Assembly (NCBI GenBank): GCA_016187335.1
Contig: JACPJW010000001.1
Location: forward strand, 736,001 to 800,000
Length of the DNA stretch: 64,000 bases
From: Candidatus Aenigmatarchaeota archaeon
GTDB taxonomy: Archaea; Aenigmatarchaeota; Aenigmatarchaeia; GW2011-AR5
Direction of reading: 5' to 3'
Part shown: positions 1 to 8,506 of the stretch, one piece after another
Layout: the number at the start of each line of letters is the position of its first letter
Position numbering within the stretch: the first letter of the stretch is position 1
The notes under the pieces: model-generated
What the model was told of the DNA's origin: nothing
The model's input: the letters and a program-made list of their open reading frames with translations, nothing else
Database searches by the model: none
Translations under genes and position numbers: made by a program

Positions 1-389
1 TTGCCCGCGCCAAGGCCGTCATTGGCGTCTGCTGAGGCCCGCCAGCCTTGCCGCCGCATAAGGGCGACATCTGTGTGAATCAAAGCTAGCGCGAAGCTGG
101 AATCCGTGGGACGGGATGGTGCTGCGTGATGCGGAGAGATGAGCTGCATGCACATTATTTGCACTGAAAGCTTTTGAGTGTTTCCCGTGGCGGGTGATTG
201 TAAGCTTTTGTCCTGAGCGGCTGTGACTGTTCTGATAAGAGGGTTCCGGAAATTTCCTTACATGTGATGGACGAGCAGCCACTCAGCAGTGACGATAAAC
301 AGGATCTCCACGAACCGCATGCAATGCCGCAGTAGTAAGTAAGTAATTACTCAAAATCATCGGTGCCCCGAGCACCTTTCAGCTAAACT

Positions 390-659
390 TCAACGTGCAG
401 TCATCCGGCTGGTTTCTGATTCTTTGTTCCCTCCGTTCACGAGGTCATCAATACCTATGAGGAGAAAGCAGATTCCCAAGACAGCGCTGAACGCCACCTC
501 TAGCCACCACTGAAAGGGGATAGGTAGGCCTCTGAAAGACTGATCGATTATGAATTCGCCGGTTTCCGCGGCATACCTGAATAGAACAAACGAGAATCCT
601 ATGTGGGCAAGCGCCGAGACCAACCAGCGGTTGGCACGGAGCCATCCAGCGGAGAACAT
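390..659 (-). CDS. hypothetical membrane protein
   Basis: 89 aa ORF with two hydrophobic segments; no recognised family. Confidence 0.5.
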   Translation of the reverse strand: MFSAGWLRANRWLVSALAHIGFSFVLFRYAAETGEFIIDQSFRGLPIPFQWWLEVAFSAVLGICFLLIGIDDLVNGGNKESETSRMTAR

Positions 660-701
660 AGTGGTACTATTTCTAGCGCAACCTTCTTAAAGCGTTAACG
701 T

Positions 702-1457
702 TCAGCACCCGCTCCGGCCCAGTGGCAAGTAAATGCTTATGGTCGAAATTTGTACGCCTACTGTGACGCGAGCAGCAAAGCGTCTACACGCCTGAAACTG
801 CCTCGTGACGGATCGAGGGCTTCCCCCCGGTCGCTCTGGCGGCCCAACGGCGCTGGTAGCCTCCGCCACACCAGAAGCCTCGACTATATAAGACCCCGGC
901 GTCACCCCATAGACCACGAAGTTGGTCGGGAAGTGTGAGAGTGTCTCGGTGTGAATGAGATTCCCATGCTGCCCGAAAATGTGGACGCCGATTGGCTTCA
1001 GGATGCTTCTATCCGCCCCCGTTACGGTAACCCGTAGCTGATATGCAATGTCGACGGTGGGCCTCTGCGGAGGACCCTGTACTACCACCCAGTTCCCAAA
1101 ATATACGGCCATCGTTGTACTTTTGCCTTCAGGGTCCCGGCTGTAGTTCACGGTACCTCTGTAGCCAACTCTGATTCTAAGGGCTACCGCAGCTGGAGCT
1201 TCAACAGAAAAATTCGCCGGACGGCTGTCACCTGGGGGGACGATGCCAAGATCCTCGAAATCACGCGGGACAGGTGTCGGAGATGAAGACGAGCAATGTG
1301 TTCTATTTGCTGGAGATGGATCTGGCTCCTGAACAAGAACGGGCGTTGGTAGGCCTCGGGTTTGGCTGGTTCCTGGAACTGCGCGAGCGATGGCGACGTG
1401 CCAAAGAGCCGGCAACTGAATGGCAGGGTCGTGCACAGGGGCGCTAAGCCGCAGCAA
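702..1457 (-). CDS. hypothetical protein, start uncertain (beta-rich C-terminal half)
   Basis: 251 aa ORF from TTG; C-terminal ~170 aa look protein-like, N-terminus does not. Confidence 0.4.
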   Translation of the reverse strand: MLRLSAPVHDPAIQLPALWHVAIARAVPGTSQTRGLPTPVLVQEPDPSPANRTHCSSSSPTPVPRDFEDLGIVPPGDSRPANFSVEAPAAVALRIRVGYRGTVNYSRDPEGKSTTMAVYFGNWVVVQGPPQRPTVDIAYQLRVTVTGADRSILKPIGVHIFGQHGNLIHTETLSHFPTNFVVYGVTPGSYIVEASGVAEATSAVGPPERPGGSPRSVTRQFQACRRFAARVTVGVQISTISIYLPLGRSGC

Positions 1458-1502
1458 AGAACCTGCGTGTTGGGAATCAAACTTCGGAGCAGTCCTTTAC
1501 TT

Positions 1503-2774
1503 CTATCGTCTCTTTGCCAGCTTCCGGAGTTCTTCCCGCCGCCTCACCCTGAGCAGTTCCTCGTTCGACATCGCCGCCATCTTCATGAGCGTAGGAAGGG
1601 CTCCTTGGATTTCCTTGACTTGCTTCAGCGTAGATGCCATGTCAGAGAACTCCAGGGAGAAGTTGCAGTTCTCACAGATCCTCGCCTCGGGACTGTTGAA
1701 CGCCTTGCAGTTCCAGCATAACAGAGGCTTTTCCAGCTCCTTCCTTATCTCATCCTCCGGCCGGAGCAGCCCATGTCGTTTGAGGATGGCCTCCTCGACG
1801 TCACGGTTGCTCATGTGCAGGTAGACCTCGAAGTGCTTACTGGTCGGAGTATGCCCCGTGATCCTCTTTACGATCTGATCCGGGTACTGCTGCACCAGGT
1901 GAGTCGTCCTGGAGTGACGCAGGATGTAAGGGTAAACCTTCTTCATAACGCCCGCGCGGCGTGCTATACCCTTCAGCATGCGGTTGAGTGCAGCCACGCC
2001 GATAATCTCGTCGTGCCGTGGATTCGCCTTCTGACGCAGCCATAGCAGCGCGTCAGGGTTCGCTCTGAGTGGGTGGATGTTTATCCATGCCCGGAGGTAC
2101 GTCGCAGCGTTGATTATGCGGATGGGCCGCGGCCTCGTCTTGCTGTGCTGGATGTGGACAACAGCACCGTACGGGTCAAAGGTCACATTCCCGATTCTCA
2201 ACGTCAGCAGCTCAGAAGGACGCGCAGCTGTCTCGTAAGCCACACTGATGAGAGCTTTGTCTCTCGTGTTCGTCGCCGTGGCGATCAGGCGTTCAACCTC
2301 ATCTACATCAAGGGTCTGACCTTCTTCCACCCTCGACTTTTTCGCATTGCTGGGAACCGACGTGCGGAGCCACTCGAAATCCCTTGGATTATACTTGCTT
2401 CCCTTGAGCCACTTGACGAAGACTTTCAGCCCAGCCCTCATGTCCGCCCTGTACCATTCGGAACAGAGAGCTGGCTTCTCATCGGCACGGCTGGCTGCGC
2501 CATGCGGTGGCTCCCTTTTCGTGAGGTCGTTCAGCCGGCCTACAAGGCGCCGAAAGTCCCGAACGCTGTACTTGTCGACGTCCTTCCCGAGCAAAGGGCC
2601 AATCCGAAGAAAGAGAAAGGCGTACTTCCTCATTCTGGCCGCCGAAACGCGCGCCGACATGTCATCGAGGAAATCCAGAATGAGCCGGCGGTTTCTTCGG
2701 GGCAGGTCGGACTCCTGAATCTCGCGCCTCCTCTTCTCGAATTCCTCCTTGTGCTTGTAGATCTGGACCTCCAT
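1503..2774 (-). CDS. tyrosine recombinase/integrase (XerC/D-like) with C-terminal zinc ribbon
   Basis: Motifs ETAARPSEL (R), HSKT (K), YILRHSR (HxxR), GHTPTS..Y and CWNC..CENC. Start moved to MEVQIYK (ATG 2774, SD-like GAGGG) because the longer ORF begins inside the tRNA. Confidence 0.92.
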   Translation of the reverse strand: MEVQIYKHKEEFEKRRREIQESDLPRRNRRLILDFLDDMSARVSAARMRKYAFLFLRIGPLLGKDVDKYSVRDFRRLVGRLNDLTKREPPHGAASRADEKPALCSEWYRADMRAGLKVFVKWLKGSKYNPRDFEWLRTSVPSNAKKSRVEEGQTLDVDEVERLIATATNTRDKALISVAYETAARPSELLTLRIGNVTFDPYGAVVHIQHSKTRPRPIRIINAATYLRAWINIHPLRANPDALLWLRQKANPRHDEIIGVAALNRMLKGIARRAGVMKKVYPYILRHSRTTHLVQQYPDQIVKRITGHTPTSKHFEVYLHMSNRDVEEAILKRHGLLRPEDEIRKELEKPLLCWNCKAFNSPEARICENCNFSLEFSDMASTLKQVKEIQGALPTLMKMAAMSNEELLRVRRREELRKLAKRR

Positions 2775-2866
2775 ATTCCCTCTTATTGCCCGCCCAATAT
2801 TTAAGGGTTCGGCATCGAACAGTTTTCCAATGCCGAAGGCGAGAATCGAACTCGCGACCCCCACAT

Positions 2867-2955
2867 TTCTCTTCAACGCGCATGCCGCTCAGAACTCATA
2901 ATTTTCAATTTCTTTGGTCTTTCTTTGGTCAAACTTTCTTTTCAAGAAAGTTTGT
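2867..2955 (-). other. tRNA-Met intron (canonical position, relaxed BHB)
   Basis: Junctions CTCATA|ACAAAC and GAGAA|ATGTGG; central helix CTC/GAG. Confidence 0.8.
2926..2954 (-). repeat. palindromic element copy at the 5' end of the tRNA-Met intron
   Basis: Minus strand CAAACTTTCTTGAAAAGAAAGTTTGACCAAAG. Confidence 0.75.
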
Positions 2956-2975
2956 TATGAGTGTGGTGCTCTACC

Positions 2976-3041
2976 ACTGAGCCACTTCGGCTTTCCGTTT
3001 TGATCAAACTTTTTTGAAAAGTTTGACTGAGCCACTTCGGC
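2976..3041 (-). repeat. 16-bp direct repeat of tRNA-Met nt 1-16 flanking a palindromic element copy
   Basis: GCCGAAGTGGCTCAGT at 3041-3026 and 2991-2976, separated by CAAACTTTTCAAAAAAGTTTGATCAAAACGGAAA. Confidence 0.9.
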
Positions 3042-3096
3042 ACAAAGAGCAGAACCTGACGGTTCTCTCTCTTGACTCTCATTCCCTTATTATTTC

Positions 3097-3122
3097 TTGG
3101 TGCAACTTTTTGGAAAAGTTGC
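3097..3122 (-). repeat. palindromic element copy
   Basis: Minus strand GCAACTTTTCCAAAAAGTTGCACCAAG. Confidence 0.75.
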
Positions 3123-3174
3123 CTCTATCCTCTTTTCCTTATTATGATTTTTAAACGCTTTTATTGAAGTATAA

Positions 3175-3723
3175 ATGATGGACCCGCTTAAATTCCGCGA
3201 ACTGCTGAGGCGCATTGAGTGGAAAAACCTTGCGCTGCTTGCCGTTGCGGTGGCACTCCTGGCGGCGTACTTCAAGCTTTTCATTATAACTGCCCTGATA
3301 GCTTCCGTGATTGCCGCCAGCCTTCTTGTCCAGAAGTTCCAGCTGCGGCTCTTCGGCTTTGAAACGGTAACCTTTTCCACTGTCATCATGGGGGTTGCCT
3401 ACGGCCCCGTGATAGGCGGAATATTCGGCATGGCCATGGTCCTTGTATCCCTGGTCATATCCGGATATTTCGGGATATACTATCTGTGGATCATACCCGA
3501 ATATGCCGTGGCCGCTTACCTTGCGTCGCAGTGGTACGGCGGCGACATACTTTCAGTGGGGCTGAACATAACGATTATCCTGCAGGTTGCAAACATCGTG
3601 CTCACCTATTTCTTTGACCGCTACAGCTTTTTCCAGCACATCGTTTACAGCGCGACGAACATTGTTTTCAATTTTGCCGCATTTGCTTTGTTCGGCCCTG
3701 TGCTCGTGGGCATCCTGAAATGA
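3175..3723 (+). CDS. integral membrane protein, ECF S-component-like (paralog 1)
   Basis: ~180 aa, 5-6 TM segments, G..YGPVIGGIFG motif typical of ECF S components. Confidence 0.6.
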   Translation: MMDPLKFRELLRRIEWKNLALLAVAVALLAAYFKLFIITALIASVIAASLLVQKFQLRLFGFETVTFSTVIMGVAYGPVIGGIFGMAMVLVSLVISGYFGIYYLWIIPEYAVAAYLASQWYGGDILSVGLNITIILQVANIVLTYFFDRYSFFQHIVYSATNIVFNFAAFALFGPVLVGILK

Positions 3724-3751
3724 ATTAAAGCTGTATCGTTCAGTTATTTTC

Positions 3752-4282
3752 ATGGCCGAACTGCTTTCGCGGATAGAATGGAAGAACGTCGCGCTGCTTG
3801 CCGCGGCCCTGGCTTTGGTAGCTGTCTACGCCAAATTATTTGCGGTTGTCCTGCTCATCGCCGGTGTTGTTTTTGTGAGCTTCATTGTCCAGCAGTTCAG
3901 CCTGCGCACGGTAGGCCTTGAGCTCGTGACTTTTGCGACGGTTGTTTCCGGCATTGTCTACGGCCCTGTCGTGGGCGCGGCGCTGGGAGCGGTTCTGGTC
4001 CTGATACATCTTGTTTTCTCGGGTTATTTTGGTGTATATTATTTCTGGGTCATACCTGTTTACGCCTTTGGCGGCTTTCTGGCGTCAGCATGGTCAGGCC
4101 AGGGCGTGGTTTCTTTGGGCATCAACATAACCCTGGTCATCCACGCGATAAACATGGCTTTTACGTTTGCTCTCAACAGGAACAACATGTTCAACTACGG
4201 GCTTTACGCCGTGACAAATGTAGTCTTCAATTTCATTTTGTTCGTTGTTTTCGGCCAGGCTGTCGTGGGCATCCTGAAATGA
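3752..4282 (+). CDS. ECF S-component-like membrane protein (paralog 2)
   Basis: Clear paralog of the neighbours (LLSRIEWKNVALLAA; GIVYGPVVGA). Confidence 0.6.
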   Translation: MAELLSRIEWKNVALLAAALALVAVYAKLFAVVLLIAGVVFVSFIVQQFSLRTVGLELVTFATVVSGIVYGPVVGAALGAVLVLIHLVFSGYFGVYYFWVIPVYAFGGFLASAWSGQGVVSLGINITLVIHAINMAFTFALNRNNMFNYGLYAVTNVVFNFILFVVFGQAVVGILK

Positions 4283-4345
4283 AGCCGTAGTCTGCATTCA
4301 TGGAAGCTTTTCGTAATTTTTAACCCTTGCGTCCAATTATTTCTG

Positions 4346-4888
4346 ATGGTTGAAAGAATATCGTCCCTGCTGTCGCGCATTGATTGGAAGAACGTCGCGC
4401 TGCTGGCTGCCGCCGTCGCGCTGGCGGCTGCCTACTTCAAGCTCTTTGCCATAGTGTTCTTCATCGCAGCCGTGGTCGCGGTCAGCTTCCTGGTGAACCA
4501 GTTCCACATCCGCATTATTGGCATTGAACTGGTAACTTTTGCCACGGTTATTTCAGGCATCGTTTACGGCCCCGTGGTAGGAGCAGTAATGGGCGCGGTG
4601 CTGGTTTTCATAAGCCTTGTATTCTCCGGGTTTTTCGGGGTTTATTATTTCTGGCTGATTCCGGAATACGCTGCCGCCGGCTACCTGGCGTGGCTCTGGC
4701 GTGACCAGCCTATAGCCGCTCTTGGCATGAACATCCTGCTCATGGTCCAGGGGCTCAATATCGTCCTGACGTACCTGTTCGCAAGGCAGAACTTCTTCAA
4801 GTACGTTGTTTACATAGCCACGGAACTGGTATTTAATTTTATAATATTCTCCGTCTTCGGGGCGTGGGCTCTTGGTGTCCTGGCGTGA
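4346..4888 (+). CDS. ECF S-component-like membrane protein (paralog 3)
   Basis: Same N-terminus and GIVYGPVVG motif. Confidence 0.6.
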   Translation: MVERISSLLSRIDWKNVALLAAAVALAAAYFKLFAIVFFIAAVVAVSFLVNQFHIRIIGIELVTFATVISGIVYGPVVGAVMGAVLVFISLVFSGFFGVYYFWLIPEYAAAGYLAWLWRDQPIAALGMNILLMVQGLNIVLTYLFARQNFFKYVVYIATELVFNFIIFSVFGAWALGVLA

Positions 4889-4892
4889 GAAA

Positions 4893-5084
4893 TCAGGCCG
4901 TCACGAGTTCTACGTCCTTCACATCCACGGGCGGCACGACGTAAACGCGGGAGAAATCGTATTCAACGGCGTCGCCCTCGTAAGTTATCTCGCATATGTC
5001 TATGATTATTATCTTGAACTTTATGTCCAGGATTTCTCTTTCAAGGACCTTTTTCTGCGCTTTCACGATTTTCATTTCAATCAT
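4893..5084 (-). CDS. small hypothetical protein
   Basis: 63 aa ORF filling the gap. Confidence 0.45.
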   Translation of the reverse strand: MIEMKIVKAQKKVLEREILDIKFKIIIIDICEITYEGDAVEYDFSRVYVVPPVDVKDVELVTA

Positions 5085-5392
5085 CCGTAGCGTTTTCTTT
5101 GATAATATTCTTTTCCGCCAGCGCTTTTCTTCCCCAAAGAAAAGGGCTGAAAGGTGGATATTGGCGGATGAATCATTTTATTAGACACATGAGGTCCTGA
5201 TGCGACGACGTATAGTTAAACGTCTTTTTTTTGCATCCATTGTTGTCGTGTTCATCCGCCAATCCATCGAAGGCCAGTATTTTTTATGACCTTCATGATT
5301 CGCCCCGAATTCGCTGGACGAACCGAGACTTCATTTCCCGGCAAAGGAAAAATGAAGTAAAGGGAGAAAAAAATATCCTCCCGAAAATTTTG

Positions 5393-5420
5393 TTTTGATG
5401 AAACTTTTTGGAAAAGTTTC
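5393..5420 (-). repeat. palindromic element copy directly after the ftsZ stop
   Basis: TGA|GAAACTTTTCCAAAAAGTTTCATCAAAAC. Confidence 0.8.
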
Positions 5421-6488
5421 TCACAGGATCACTTCGATTCCAAGGTCGCCGAATTTGCCCTGCTGGGCTCTTCCGTTGCTCTTAGGCGACTGCGCGAAAG
5501 GCTGTGCGTTTGCTGCCTTCCCGAGGATGTACGGTGATTTCACGCCCGTGACGATGGTTATGACCTGGACCTTGCCCTGGAACTCGGGAACAATCCTTGC
5601 CCCCCACATCACGACCGCATCCGGGTCCATGTGCTGGGATACTGCTTCGCCTATTGCGTTTATCTCTTCCAGCTTCATGTCGTCGCCGCCGATTACCTGT
5701 ATCAAGGCACCGGTTGCGCCGCTGTAGTCAACGTCCAGCAGCGGATGGTTCAGCGCCTTCAGGACAGCGTCCTTTGCCCGGTTCTGGGCGTCGCTTTCGC
5801 CGACTCCTATTGTTGCCACGCCGCCGGAGCGCATGATTGTCCTGACATCTGCGTAGTCCAGATTGACCAGCGAAGGCTGCGATATCATCTCCGTGATTCC
5901 CTTTATCATCGTGGCTATCAGTCCGTCCGCTACAGCGAAGGCGTCCTTCAGCGGCCTGTTTCCTGCTAATTCTATCAGTTTCTGGTTCTCCACGACAATA
6001 ACCGTGTCGCAGACCTCGCGTAATTTCGCCAGTCCTTCCTCGGCCTTGCCGATTCTTGCGCCTTCAATCTTGAACGGCAGCGTCACTGCAGCAATTACTA
6101 TGGCACCCATCTCCTTTGCCAGATACGCTACAACAGGAGCCGAGCCTGTTCCTGTTCCGCCCCCGAGACCGCATGTAAGAAACAGCAAGTCGCAGCCCTG
6201 CAGCGCAGCGCGTATGTCGTTTTTGCTTTCCTGCGCAGCTTTCTCGCCCACCTGCGGGTGGCCGCCTGCTCCCAGGCCGCGCGTCAGTTCGCGCCCCAGA
6301 AGAATCTTTTTGTCAGCTTTTACAGATGACAGATGTCTTGCATCCGTGTTCGCCGCCACTACGCAAGCGCCCTGGATGTTCATTTCCTTCAGCCTGTTTA
6401 CCGCGTTGGAACCGCCCCCGCCGCATCCCATAACTACGATGTGAGCCTGTTCAACATGGAAATTTTCAACTTCTTCATTGCTCATCAT
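5421..6488 (-). CDS. ftsZ: cell division protein FtsZ (FtsZ2-type)
   Basis: GCGGGGSN, GLGAGGHP, GGGTGTG tubulin signature, NLDYAD; ARIGKAEEGL resembles archaeal FtsZ2. Confidence 0.97.
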   Translation of the reverse strand: MMSNEEVENFHVEQAHIVVMGCGGGGSNAVNRLKEMNIQGACVVAANTDARHLSSVKADKKILLGRELTRGLGAGGHPQVGEKAAQESKNDIRAALQGCDLLFLTCGLGGGTGTGSAPVVAYLAKEMGAIVIAAVTLPFKIEGARIGKAEEGLAKLREVCDTVIVVENQKLIELAGNRPLKDAFAVADGLIATMIKGITEMISQPSLVNLDYADVRTIMRSGGVATIGVGESDAQNRAKDAVLKALNHPLLDVDYSGATGALIQVIGGDDMKLEEINAIGEAVSQHMDPDAVVMWGARIVPEFQGKVQVITIVTGVKSPYILGKAANAQPFAQSPKSNGRAQQGKFGDLGIEVIL

Positions 6489-6834
6489 TTTGATTACCTC
6501 CGTTTTTGTTTCGATCGATCGAACTCCGGAGAGTTCACGAATATAATTTTCCCATATATCTTTTGCAACGTATACGACGCCAAAACAAAATCCTTTTTAT
6601 CAAGCTTCGATATAGTTGCCTCTTAGGAGAAACAAACAACAACGGGAATAACCACCGCGGCGTAGGAAACGCGGTGCTTATTCCTCTCAATTCTGCCTTA
6701 AATACTTTTTGCAAAACGCGAATACAATTTTGCGAAAACCGCTTCGGAACATATGTTTCACAGGCAATACAAGTACTTGTTAGTGGTTAAAACAAGAACC
6801 GCAACGGCTGGGAAATCAAGGATGGAGGCTGATA

Positions 6835-7233
6835 TTGATGAAAACGACAATATACACAGACGGCGCATGTTATCCAAACCCGGGAATAATGGGTGTTGGA
6901 ATAGTTATAGAACAAAATAATAAAATTATTAAAGAAATATCGAAAAAACTAAATAGAGGAACTAATAACACTGCCGAGTATATGGCAGTGATAATTGCGT
7001 TAGAAGAAGCAAAAAAGATGCGTATTTCTTCAATAGATTTATTTATTGACAGCGCCTTAGTTGTAGGTCAACTTGAATACGGATACAAGATAAACAAACC
7101 TCATTTAAAGGAGTTAAATGATAAAGTCAGTGATCTTCGGAAAGAATTCAAAAAAGTAACTATTGTACGCAATGAAAGAGAGAATAACGAAAGAGCTGAC
7201 CGGTTGAGCAAAAAAGCTATCTTTGGTCCGTAA
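6835..7233 (+). CDS. rnhA: ribonuclease HI
   Basis: TDGACYPNPG, TNNTAEY, DSALVV, NERAD (D-E-D-D catalytic set). Confidence 0.93.
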   Translation: MMKTTIYTDGACYPNPGIMGVGIVIEQNNKIIKEISKKLNRGTNNTAEYMAVIIALEEAKKMRISSIDLFIDSALVVGQLEYGYKINKPHLKELNDKVSDLRKEFKKVTIVRNERENNERADRLSKKAIFGP

Positions 7234-7302
7234 TGAATATTACTGTTATGGTATTCTGTGAAAAAAGTAATTTTATTCTTTACCTATACACAAAGCTGGA
7301 AT

Positions 7303-7677
7303 TCACCCGTACTGCTGCCTCGTCAGGACCGAGCCGGGGTTCCCGCACAGCTGCTGGGCGGGTATGTCGTAGCCCGTGAACGCCTTTGCGACTTCTTCTA
7401 TGCGCTTGTTGAGGGCGGCGTCGCTGTAGCTGCTCTTTTTCGCCTTCTCGCACGCCTGCACCAGCACGTTGCTTATTGCGTTGTGCTGCTGCGCCTGTGC
7501 CGTAGCCAGGCAGGGCTGCGGCGTAGGGCATAAATCAGAAGTAACTGTGGTGTCAACGGTTTTCCAGCACTCGCGGAACTCGTCAATGCTTATGCACTGC
7601 TCGCCGAGCACCGAACCGCCGATGTAAAGCAGCCCGAAAACAAGGATGATTATCATAACAGCGAATTTGGTTTCCAT
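7303..7677 (-). CDS. secreted/membrane-anchored Cys-containing hypothetical protein
   Basis: N-terminal hydrophobic helix followed by several Cys. Confidence 0.65.
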   Translation of the reverse strand: METKFAVMIIILVFGLLYIGGSVLGEQCISIDEFRECWKTVDTTVTSDLCPTPQPCLATAQAQQHNAISNVLVQACEKAKKSSYSDAALNKRIEEVAKAFTGYDIPAQQLCGNPGSVLTRQQYG

Positions 7678-7785
7678 GGTTTTATCATGGACGGAGCGGC
7701 TTATAAAAATTTTCAGTGTGATGGCGAAGCCTTTTAATATCTTTCCATATATTATTACTATAAAGTAGTGTTATTTGGTGTCCGT

Positions 7786-8004
7786 ATGGTTGTCAAAGTC
7801 CGTTTGATGAAAAAAATCAGGAAGCTGAGGAGCAGGGGCTTCCTGACAAGGGAGCAGCTGGAAGTCCTGGAGGAAGCGAGCCAGCGCCCTTTCAAGGTGA
7901 AAAAGCCCGCCCAGAAATACGCCTGCGGCGAGTGCAGCTATTCCTGGTTCTACAAGGCCATGAAATGCCCCACATGCTCTTCCAACAGGGTAAGCGCGGT
8001 TTAA
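7786..8004 (+). CDS. small zinc-ribbon protein
   Basis: CGEC..CPTC; ATG at 7786 chosen. Confidence 0.65.
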   Translation: MVVKVRLMKKIRKLRSRGFLTREQLEVLEEASQRPFKVKKPAQKYACGECSYSWFYKAMKCPTCSSNRVSAV

Positions 8005-8236
8005 GCAAATAGAAACAATCCGGAAACTGAAAAATAAAAAGAAAAAATCAAAACAGCTGAATTTTTTGTAGAATTTACTTTCTTCTCTTCTTTGCCATCT
8101 TATTCACCCCACTTATCATGATAATAAAATATGTTTTTCCCGGTTAATTAAGTTTTCTATCAGGGTTTTTGGCGGAGCGAGAAACAAAAAAGCGCTTCGT
8201 TTGCGCGCTATAGTGTATTATCGCTGCGCAGGGAAT

Positions 8237-8422
8237 TTAAGCCCTGTATTTTTTGCCTGAAGGATTAGGATTATTAGGACTTTCCGGGTTCATTCCATCC
8301 AGAACCCTCTCGCGGTAAGTGTTCCATTTTTCTGTGTCGCGCATGCTGTGGCCTTCATCTAAAAAAGTTTCATAAGCCTGCTCAAGAAGCCTTGCCCTCA
8401 TTGCAGCTGTGTGAACTGACAT
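8237..8422 (-). CDS. hypothetical protein
   Basis: 61 aa ORF only. Confidence 0.4.
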   Translation of the reverse strand: MSVHTAAMRARLLEQAYETFLDEGHSMRDTEKWNTYRERVLDGMNPESPNNPNPSGKKYRA

Positions 8423-8506
8423 TCCAGAATTTTGTTAAAAAATCATAAAAACCCGTAATGGGAATTTTCCCACTTGAAAACCGACCGAGAAATTCTTTTG
8501 AGATAT

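Larger units (their letters stand above)
1..2830 (-). mobile_element. tRNA-Met-proximal end of a putative integrated element; other boundary lies outside the window
   Basis: Tyrosine integrase starts 57 nt downstream of the tRNA-Met 3' end in the same orientation and is followed by ORFans. The second att copy is not in the window. Confidence 0.6.
2831..2991 (-). tRNA. tRNA-Met(CAT), probably elongator, with 89-nt intron at 37/38
   Basis: Exon1 GCCGAAGTGGCTCAGTGGTAGAGCACCACACTCATA (2991-2956) plus exon2 ATGTGGGGGTCGCGAGTTCGATTCTCGCCTTCGGCA (2866-2831) fold into a complete cloverleaf. G1-C72 and lack of GGG/CCC argue against initiator. Confidence 0.92.

Noticed and set aside
1-2830. GC shift as evidence for the integrated element
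   Set aside because: Spot counts show host genes such as ftsZ are as GC-rich, so composition gives no support.
2775-2876. Integrase ORF starting inside the tRNA (SSV1-type split integrase)
   Set aside because: The extension begins at a TTG in the tRNA intron and is not integrase-like; an ATG with SD at 2774 gives a complete enzyme.
5197-5210. CTGATG as a hammerhead ribozyme core
   Set aside because: Reads CTGATGCG rather than CUGANGA, and there is no correctly placed GAAA.
6700-6745. Imperfect direct repeat AATAC..TTTGC(G)AAAAC as replication-origin boxes
   Set aside because: Only two degenerate copies, no ORB consensus, and no orc1/cdc6 nearby.
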